Part shown: positions 57,407-64,000 of the stretch, one piece after another
Layout of the letters: each line of letters starts with the position of its first letter
Numbering within the stretch: position 1 is the stretch's first letter
Source of the DNA: Candidatus Bathyarchaeota archaeon
GTDB lineage: Archaea > Thermoproteota > Bathyarchaeia > Bathyarchaeales > Bathycorpusculaceae
DNA length: 64,000 bases
NCBI GenBank assembly: GCA_963733095.1
Contig: CAVTBV010000001.1
Location: forward strand, 32,001-96,000
Direction: 5' to 3'
Notes under the pieces: generated by a model
What the model was told of the DNA's origin: nothing
Databases searched by the model: none
What the model saw: only the letters and a program-made list of their open reading frames with translations
Position numbers and translations under genes: made by a program

Positions 57407-58267
57407 TTGGCAAAACAGCAACACATTTTACTCAGAGATAAGGCAGAATTCACAAGATTCCAAATCCTGTTTGAAGTTTTGCGCAACCAACCTCACTTAA
57501 GACAAAAAGACATAAGTGATAAGCTCGGATTAACAATCCAAGCTATATCAAAATACCTCAAAAGGCTCTCCCAAGACGGCTATCTAGAGGTAGGTTCTGA
57601 GAGAGCAGATTATCGGTTAACATCCAAAGGAATCGCTAAGCTCCATGAAAACGTAAGAAACATGGAAAGCTACTTTGAAGCGGTCAAGCAAGAGCTAAAA
57701 GTCGACCATGCATGGATAGCATTGGCAACGTACACGGTAAAAGCAGGCGAACAAGTCGGATTAATCACAAAAGAAGGACTCTTTTACACTGTACCCTTAA
57801 ATGATCCCAACTTAGAAGCTGTGGGAATAGCTATCGCTGATGCTAACCCTGGAGAAGATTTGGGATTAAAGAACCTAAATGGAAAAGTCAAACTAAAACA
57901 GGGCAAAATCCTAATCGTTAAACTGCCCAGCATACGCAAAGGAGGCTCAAGGGCAGCAGACATAGCAAAAATCAAAGTATACTATGACGAGTTCAAACCA
58001 GACCGCATAGGCGTAATGGGAGCCGTGGGAAGAGCAGTCCTGAACAAACTTGGACTCAAAGCGGACTTCGAATTCGGCATAAGCCACTCAGCTGCAGTAG
58101 CTGCTTCAAGGGGACTAAACGTTTTCATTCTCGTTGTTGGCAGAATGGTTAATCGCGTGATACTGGAAATCGATTCTCAAAACCTCCGATTTGCTGGAGA
58201 CATAATATATGAAGTAAAAGACTCACAGTTCCCCCGTCTAGTCGCTGAAAGTCAGTTATCAAGTTAA
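57407..58267 (+). CDS. Archaeal winged-helix transcriptional regulator (COG1497-like)
   Basis: TRFQIL...QKDISDKLGLTIQAISKYLKRL HTH; C-terminal GGSR-containing domain. Confidence 0.8.
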   Translation: MAKQQHILLRDKAEFTRFQILFEVLRNQPHLRQKDISDKLGLTIQAISKYLKRLSQDGYLEVGSERADYRLTSKGIAKLHENVRNMESYFEAVKQELKVDHAWIALATYTVKAGEQVGLITKEGLFYTVPLNDPNLEAVGIAIADANPGEDLGLKNLNGKVKLKQGKILIVKLPSIRKGGSRAADIAKIKVYYDEFKPDRIGVMGAVGRAVLNKLGLKADFEFGISHSAAVAASRGLNVFILVVGRMVNRVILEIDSQNLRFAGDIIYEVKDSQFPRLVAESQLSS

Positions 58268-58322
58268 TCATTAATTGAATGCCCTGTTTTTTGATGCGTG
58301 TTTTTTTGAAATTCAATTAGAG

Positions 58323-58365
58323 TTAATCAACTTAAGTTTAACTTAAATTAAACCAAAGTTTATTA
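58323..58365 (+). promoter_or_regulatory. 43-bp operator/promoter element, copy 2
   Basis: TTAATCAACTTAAGTTTAACTTAAATTAAACCAAAGTTTATTA upstream of the chelatase operon. Confidence 0.75.
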
Positions 58366-58401
58366 GAATAGTTGGCTAATCCAACCAGCGAGGAAGCGAA
58401 C

Positions 58402-60408
58402 ATGCAAAACAAGATGGTTTACCCGTTTAGCGCTCTCGTTGGTCAAGAAAAGATGAAACTGGCATTGATTCTTAACATAATTAACCCAAAAATTGGCGGA
58501 GTCCTCCTCCGAGGAGAAAAAGGAACTGGCAAATCAATGGCTGTTCGTGCATTAGCAAATCTTTTACCAGAAATGGATGCGGTAGTGGATTGTCCTTTTC
58601 ATTGTGACCCTGCTCGCCCAAAAGACATGTGTGACGCCTGCAGCGCCAAAATGGCAAAAGGCGAAAAACTCTCAATAGTTAAGCGTCCAATATCCGTGGT
58701 AGAGCTGCCAGTTGGAGCTACAGAAGACAGACTCGTAGGAACCATTGATATAGAAAAAGCAATCAAAAAAGGCGAAAAACATTTCGACCAGGGAATTCTT
58801 GCAGAGGCAAATCGAAATATCTTATATATTGATGAGGTTAACCTGTTAGATGACCACCTAGTTGATGTTCTGCTTGATGCCGCCGCCATGGGCGTAAATT
58901 TTGTAGAGCGTGAAGGGATTTCCTTTTGCCATCCAGCACAGTTCGTCCTAGTTGGCACTATGAATCCTGAGGAAGGTGAACTTCGTCCTCAACTGTTGGA
59001 TCGCTTCGCCCTTTCAGTTGAGATTAAGGGTATTCCGTATCGGGAAGCACGAGCAGAGATAGTGAGAAGGCGCATCGCTTTTGAAAATGACCCTGCATCA
59101 TTTATCGAAAGTCAGAATGACTCTCAAAAGCAGCTTCGCCAAAAGATGGTGGAAGCCAGTCATCTTTTGCCTAAGGTAAAATTGAATGATGAAATGCTTG
59201 ATCTAATCACTCAAGTTTGCATAGACTTTGCCGTTGACGGTCACCGCGCTGATATAACAATGTACAAGACTGCTTGCACTATTGCTGCTTTCAAGGGGCA
59301 GACTGAAGTTGTCAAAGACGACGTTAAAGAGGCTGCTGAGTTGGTGCTTCCTCATCGTCGTCGCCGTAAACCATTTGAAGAGCCAAAGCTGGAAGAGCAA
59401 CAGATTCAAGAAAGCCTACAGAAGTGGGATAAAAACAAAGAAAAAGAACAACCTCAATCACCTCAGCCCCAAAACAATAACCCAGAGAATAAGAATCAAG
59501 AGCAGCCGTCCAAAGACGAAGAGGCCCCTGAGCAGGTTTTTGAAGCTGATTCTCCATATACCGTTAAGCCTCTTGCTACGCCTGTTCTAGACGAAGTTCA
59601 GCGTAACAGTGGAGGTAGGAGGTCCAAAAGCATCAGCAATTCTAAGACAGGTCGATATGTAGACAGTGTCATTCCTAAAGGCGAAGTATCGGATTTGGCT
59701 TTTGATGCTACCTTGAGGGTAGCTGCACCTTTCCAGCTTCAGCGCAAAGAGGATTCTGGCAGTCCGAATGGCTTTCTCATTGAGAAGACTGATCTTCGGG
59801 AGAAAGTTCGAGAAAGGAAAGTTGGCAATTTGATCATGTTTGTCGTTGATGCAAGCGGTTCAATGGCTGCTGAAGAGCGCATGACCGCTACCAAAGGCGC
59901 GGTTCTCTCGTTGTTGCTTGATGCTTATCAGCGTCGAGACCGTGTGGGCATGGTTGTCTTTAGAAGGAATAATGCTGAGCTTGTGCTTCCTCCAACTAAT
60001 AGTGTCGAGCTAGCCCAAAGGTTCTTGTCGATACTGCCTACAGGCGGGCGTACTCCGATGGCTCACGGATTGACACTTGGGCTAGAAACTATACAAGATT
60101 ACGTGAGGCGAGACAAGGAAGCCATACCGCTTCTAGCTCTAATCTCTGATGGGCGAGCCAATGTCCCTGTTAACGGCGGCGACCCTGTAGAAGAAGCAAA
60201 GCTGGTTGCCCGTGAAATAGGCTCTTCAGGCGTAAAAGCGATTGCTATCGACACTGAACGGGGCTTCATCACGTTTGGGCTCGTGAAGCAGATTTGTGAT
60301 GAGATGAAGGGGCGCTACTTGCGGTTGGAGGAGTTGAGCGCTGTGCCTATTGCTTCAGCTGTCCGTGACAACTTAATTCATGGTCCAGAATTAACTTGGA
60401 ACGATTAG
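58402..60408 (+). CDS. Cobalt/magnesium chelatase ATPase subunit (ChlI/ChlD-type AAA+ with VWA domain)
   Basis: [40 protein letters not shown], Pro/Gln linker and [11 protein letters not shown] motif. Confidence 0.92.
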   Translation: MQNKMVYPFSALVGQEKMKLALILNIINPKIGGVLLRGEKGTGKSMAVRALANLLPEMDAVVDCPFHCDPARPKDMCDACSAKMAKGEKLSIVKRPISVVELPVGATEDRLVGTIDIEKAIKKGEKHFDQGILAEANRNILYIDEVNLLDDHLVDVLLDAAAMGVNFVEREGISFCHPAQFVLVGTMNPEEGELRPQLLDRFALSVEIKGIPYREARAEIVRRRIAFENDPASFIESQNDSQKQLRQKMVEASHLLPKVKLNDEMLDLITQVCIDFAVDGHRADITMYKTACTIAAFKGQTEVVKDDVKEAAELVLPHRRRRKPFEEPKLEEQQIQESLQKWDKNKEKEQPQSPQPQNNNPENKNQEQPSKDEEAPEQVFEADSPYTVKPLATPVLDEVQRNSGGRRSKSISNSKTGRYVDSVIPKGEVSDLAFDATLRVAAPFQLQRKEDSGSPNGFLIEKTDLREKVRERKVGNLIMFVVDASGSMAAEERMTATKGAVLSLLLDAYQRRDRVGMVVFRRNNAELVLPPTNSVELAQRFLSILPTGGRTPMAHGLTLGLETIQDYVRRDKEAIPLLALISDGRANVPVNGGDPVEEAKLVAREIGSSGVKAIAIDTERGFITFGLVKQICDEMKGRYLRLEELSAVPIASAVRDNLIHGPELTWND

Positions 60409-60425
60409 CTTTGGAGGTGAAATGG

Positions 60426-61484
60426 ATGAAAAAAACTACTGTTACTTCGATTGCCATTGTACTCGTATTGATCATAGCTGGATCTTCTTATGGAGTCTAT
60501 TTACTAAATGTTCCCTCTAAAGACATTTATCAAAATGGAAACGTGATTTCTGTCGTAGATCCAAACGGAAATACAGTTAATGTAACTCAACCAGTAAAGA
60601 CTGTTGTTTGTATTGATTCTATTGCAACCGAGATTGTCTGTGCATTAGGGTGCGAGAATAGAATTGTAGGGATAGACACAAGTTCTGCTTTTCCGCCCTC
60701 AGTTACGGAAATTCCTAACGTAGGCGAATCCTACAGCCCAAGTGTAGAGCAGATATTAGAATTGAAACCTGACTTGGTCCTTGCTGGTGCACCGATAAAC
60801 TACTTCAATAATCAGACGTCGAATCAGATTGAAGCTGCTGGAATACCGGTATTTATCTGCGAGGCAATTAACCCTCCGTTAAACTCGGACGAGTCTATGA
60901 TAGATAATACTTGCACATTGGTGAATCGATTAGGATTGATCTTAAATGAACAGTCCAATGCTACTAAACTAGTCAACTACATGCAGAATTACCAAAGCCT
61001 CGTCAACGAGCGTTTCGCAAACCTGGCAGCAAGTGAGAAACCATTAGTCTACTATGAATGGTACACGGATTGGCAAACTGAACTTGTCCCATCCATAACT
61101 CAGGCTGGCGGAATAAATATCGCTGAAAATGAATCACAATACGCACCTATAGTAAGCCCTGAATTTGTAACACAGGCGAATCCTGACGTAATAATTAGAA
61201 TGATAAGCAGCCCAAACCACGACATGACAGACTTTACAACTGCACTGAGTGAAATAACAAGCAGACCTGCATTACAAGATACGACTGCAATCAAAGAGGG
61301 CAATGTCTACATTTGTGACTATGCAATCACGGGCGGAATAGAATCTGTGGTTGGGTGTCTACAATGGGCAAAGTGGCTTCACCCCAGCCTTTTTGAGGAC
61401 ATAGACCCAGCCGCTATACATCAACAGATGATCACAGAATTCTTCGGTAACGTTACGTTAGAAGGAGTCTACGCGTACCCATGA
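60426..61484 (+). CDS. ABC transporter substrate-binding protein (cobalamin/heme/iron-siderophore class)
   Basis: N-terminal TM anchor, EIVCALG, EQILELKPDLV and NPDVII motifs. Confidence 0.88.
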   Translation: MKKTTVTSIAIVLVLIIAGSSYGVYLLNVPSKDIYQNGNVISVVDPNGNTVNVTQPVKTVVCIDSIATEIVCALGCENRIVGIDTSSAFPPSVTEIPNVGESYSPSVEQILELKPDLVLAGAPINYFNNQTSNQIEAAGIPVFICEAINPPLNSDESMIDNTCTLVNRLGLILNEQSNATKLVNYMQNYQSLVNERFANLAASEKPLVYYEWYTDWQTELVPSITQAGGINIAENESQYAPIVSPEFVTQANPDVIIRMISSPNHDMTDFTTALSEITSRPALQDTTAIKEGNVYICDYAITGGIESVVGCLQWAKWLHPSLFEDIDPAAIHQQMITEFFGNVTLEGVYAYP

Positions 61485-62557
61485 GCACAGCTGCAGAACT
61501 AAAAAGACTCTACAACAAAGGCAAGAAACGAAAAACCCTTGTCCTTCTTTCCCTTTTTATTGCGCTACTTGCAAGCATAGTTGTTTCCATAAGCTTAGGT
61601 GCTGCCTCGCCTGGACTTATTGAAGCAATGCAAGCTATCTGCTCTAAGCTTTTTCCTTTCCTCAATATTAATCCTGTATCCCAGATAACTCAGATAATAG
61701 TTTTGAATTTACGACTTCCCCGTATCATTCTAGCAATACTCGCCGGTGCAGGTCTCGCTGCGGCTGGAGCGGCAATGCAGGGAACCCTGCGTAACCCTCT
61801 CGTCTCCTCCTACGTTTTGGGCATCTCCTCAGCCGCAGGATTCGGCGCAGCGTTAGCAATAGTTTTTGGAGTGGGTATTTTATCGATATTTGGCGGATAC
61901 CTTGTAATCGTAAACGCTTTTCTCTTTAGCGTGCTCGCCATGGTGATAGTGTACGGTATCGCCCGTGTCCGAGGCATGAGTTCTGAAACAGTAATTTTGG
62001 TAGGCGTAGCTGTTGGTTTTCTGTTTTCCGCTTTGCTATCCTTAATTCAATACGTTGCTCCTCAGTACCAAGCGGTAAGTGCTGTAGTTTTCTGGCTGAT
62101 GGGTAGTTTAACTTCTGCAACTTGGCAAAGCATACTGATTGTTCTCCCCATCGTCGCGCTCACCATAGTGCTGATGACGCAGCAGTCTTGGAACATTAAC
62201 GTGATGAGTATGGGCGAGGATGTAGCTACAAGTTTAGGAGTTAACTCCAAGCGGGTACTCGCGACAAATATGGTGTTAGAGACACTGGCAACTGCAAGCA
62301 TAATAGCTTTCACTGGCGTAATCGGCTTCGTAGATTTGATTTCACCCCACATCGCTAGGATGCTGATTGGAAACGACCACCGTTTCCTCATACCCTGCAG
62401 TGCTCTTGTTGGGGCTCTTTTGCTACTGTGTTCCGACACAGTCGCGCGAATAGTGCTTGCACCGACAGAACTTCCAGTTGGCATTGTAACGTCCATGCTC
62501 GGTGTTCCATTCTTCATTTACATTTTGGTAAATAAAAGGAGGCAAAGTTGGCGTTGA
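61481..62557 (+). CDS. ABC transporter permease (BtuC/FecCD family)
   Basis: LRLPRI, RNPLVSSYVLGISSAAG, GVIGFVDLISPH and ELPVG motifs. Confidence 0.92.
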   Translation: MSTAAELKRLYNKGKKRKTLVLLSLFIALLASIVVSISLGAASPGLIEAMQAICSKLFPFLNINPVSQITQIIVLNLRLPRIILAILAGAGLAAAGAAMQGTLRNPLVSSYVLGISSAAGFGAALAIVFGVGILSIFGGYLVIVNAFLFSVLAMVIVYGIARVRGMSSETVILVGVAVGFLFSALLSLIQYVAPQYQAVSAVVFWLMGSLTSATWQSILIVLPIVALTIVLMTQQSWNINVMSMGEDVATSLGVNSKRVLATNMVLETLATASIIAFTGVIGFVDLISPHIARMLIGNDHRFLIPCSALVGALLLLCSDTVARIVLAPTELPVGIVTSMLGVPFFIYILVNKRRQSWR

Positions 62558-63378
62558 AACTCACAATCAACAAACTCTCGTTCAACTACACTGGAATTCA
62601 AGTCCTCAAAGATGTGGAAATGGAAGTAGGACTAGGTGAAATATTGAGCATAGTTGGCCCAAACGGTTCAGGCAAGAGCACGCTGTTAAAATGTATCAAT
62701 CGAATCTTGAAAACTAAACAGAATACTGTGCTGATCGACGGTAAAGACACCAGTAAGCTCAACCTCAAAGAGTTATCGAAAGTCATGGGGTATGTTCCTC
62801 AAAGCTCCACAAGCACTTTCCCTTTTACCGTTTTTGACGTCGTTTTGATGGGAAGAAAACCCTACATTCATTGGAATCTGAGCGAGCGAGATAACGAAAT
62901 CGTCGCAGAAATGCTAGACTTTCTCGGAATCGGCGAACTAGCCCTGCGCTACTTCAACGAACTCAGCGGTGGCGAGCAGCAAAAAGTCATCGTGGCGCGT
63001 GCTTTGGCTCAGCAGCCTCAGATTTTGCTTCTTGATGAGCCAACGAGTTCGCTTGATATTAAGCACCAACTGGAGATACTGTGCATGCTTAGGAGTTTGA
63101 CTCAAGGCAAAGAACGTTCTGTTATAGTGACAATGCATGACTTGAACTTGGCAAGCCGCTTTTCGGACAGGATGATTATGCTTAAGCAGGGCAAAATTTT
63201 CGCCAGCGGCACTCCCGAGTCGGTGTTAACTGAGGAGAACATCGAGAAGGTTTATGATATCAACTGTGAGGTGACAGATTCAATCTTAGGCAAACCCCAA
63301 GTGGTGCCTATGATATCTGAAACACACGAAGTTAGGCACTTGAAAATGTCCCAAGAAATCGCAACAGAATACACATAA
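62548..63378 (+). CDS. ABC transporter ATP-binding protein (BtuD/FecE family)
   Basis: GPNGSGKST, LSGGEQQ, LLDEPT and HDLNLA motifs. Confidence 0.93.
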   Translation: MALKLTINKLSFNYTGIQVLKDVEMEVGLGEILSIVGPNGSGKSTLLKCINRILKTKQNTVLIDGKDTSKLNLKELSKVMGYVPQSSTSTFPFTVFDVVLMGRKPYIHWNLSERDNEIVAEMLDFLGIGELALRYFNELSGGEQQKVIVARALAQQPQILLLDEPTSSLDIKHQLEILCMLRSLTQGKERSVIVTMHDLNLASRFSDRMIMLKQGKIFASGTPESVLTEENIEKVYDINCEVTDSILGKPQVVPMISETHEVRHLKMSQEIATEYT

Positions 63379-63391
63379 AGGAAAATAAAAC

Positions 63392-64000
63392 ATGAAACAA
63401 CTCAAAGTAGCCTTCATAACAACAATCCCTACAGACACAATACCTTTCATCTCAGCCCTTAAAACGATAAACGAGCGTTTTGGTGAAATGGTACAGGCGC
63501 GTCTTTGGACGGGTGGAGACTTTAGGGATTTTGGCAGCATAGACGAGTTTATCCAGTTCGCCCAACAATCCCACATAGCCCTTGTACATTTGATGGGTAA
63601 CCTGCCTGAGTTTGATAGGCTCATAGCTTGCCTGAAAAGCACGGGCGTTCCAGTTTTGGTTGCTGCCTCTTTTTTTGGGCAAAAAGATTATCGGAGCCTT
63701 TCCACGGTGGATCAAGAGGACTACCCAAACATCTTTGGTTACCTTAATTATGGCGGGAAAAAGAACTTCGAGAATCTCATTTTGTACTTGGAAAACCGTT
63801 TCATGGGCGCTGCTTACGAGGTTAGTGCTCCTGTGCAGTCGCAATGGGAAGGAATCTATCATCCTGACTTTGATTACGTCCCTACCTTGGAGGAGTATCA
63901 GGAAAAGAAGGTTCAGCATGGCCGACTTACCGTCGGCGTGTGGTTCCATCAAAGTTCCTGGCAAGGCGGCAACACAAGCTTCATTGATAGCTTGGTCAAA
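63392..64000 (+). CDS. cobN: Cobaltochelatase CobN-family protein, 3'-truncated by window edge
   Basis: Translated by hand from ATG 63392: MKQLKVAFIT...YLNYGGKKNFENLILYL...WEGIYHPD...VGVWFH; open to the end of the window. Confidence 0.85.
   Translation, partial: MKQLKVAFITTIPTDTIPFISALKTINERFGEMVQARLWTGGDFRDFGSIDEFIQFAQQSHIALVHLMGNLPEFDRLIACLKSTGVPVLVAASFFGQKDYRSLSTVDQEDYPNIFGYLNYGGKKNFENLILYLENRFMGAAYEVSAPVQSQWEGIYHPDFDYVPTLEEYQEKKVQHGRLTVGVWFHQSSWQGGNTSFIDSLVK

Noticed and set aside
63286-63964. Minus-strand ORFs 63286-63642 and 63452-63964
   Set aside because: Shadows of the plus-strand cobN frame, which the track omitted because it has no stop inside the window

Overview
Archaeal chromosomal segment. 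Gene content and sequence style point to a TACK archaeon, most likely Bathyarchaeia (PolD, Elf1, GGGP synthase, archaeosortase, a large PQQ-propeller-like surface protein); this assignment is inferred, not searched. Positions 1-28.8 kb hold conserved informational and housekeeping genes: priS, GINS, TFS, rpoL, csl4, dph2, ppsA, rpl10e, ksgA, rpoF, rpl21e, pus10, srp54, aIF5A, nob1, secG, PolD DP2, elf1 and nadE. Positions 28.8-35 kb contain a replication origin (ORB boxes, an AT-rich tract, cdc6/orc1) followed by PolD DP1. Directly beside the origin is the most unusual part of the window: three uncharacterised HTH/winged-helix genes embedded in three spatially segregated arrays of short motifs (RTCAC, TTAACCG, TTCAC), some at 11-bp spacing. 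One of these genes appears to encode a membrane-anchored coiled-coil wHTH protein with a non-canonical start codon. This is a candidate origin-tethering, segregation or replication-control system. Positions 35-44 kb are metabolic and transport genes. Positions 44.5-64 kb are accessory and tetrapyrrole-related: a radical SAM fusion, hemA with a Cys-cluster regulator, a flavodiiron protein, a tRNA 3'-end remnant (att-like), then a regulator, ChlI/D chelatase, Btu/Fec-type ABC transporter and cobN, with a shared 43-bp upstream element. I saw no intact RNA gene, CRISPR array or transposase. All family calls come from motif recognition, without database searches.
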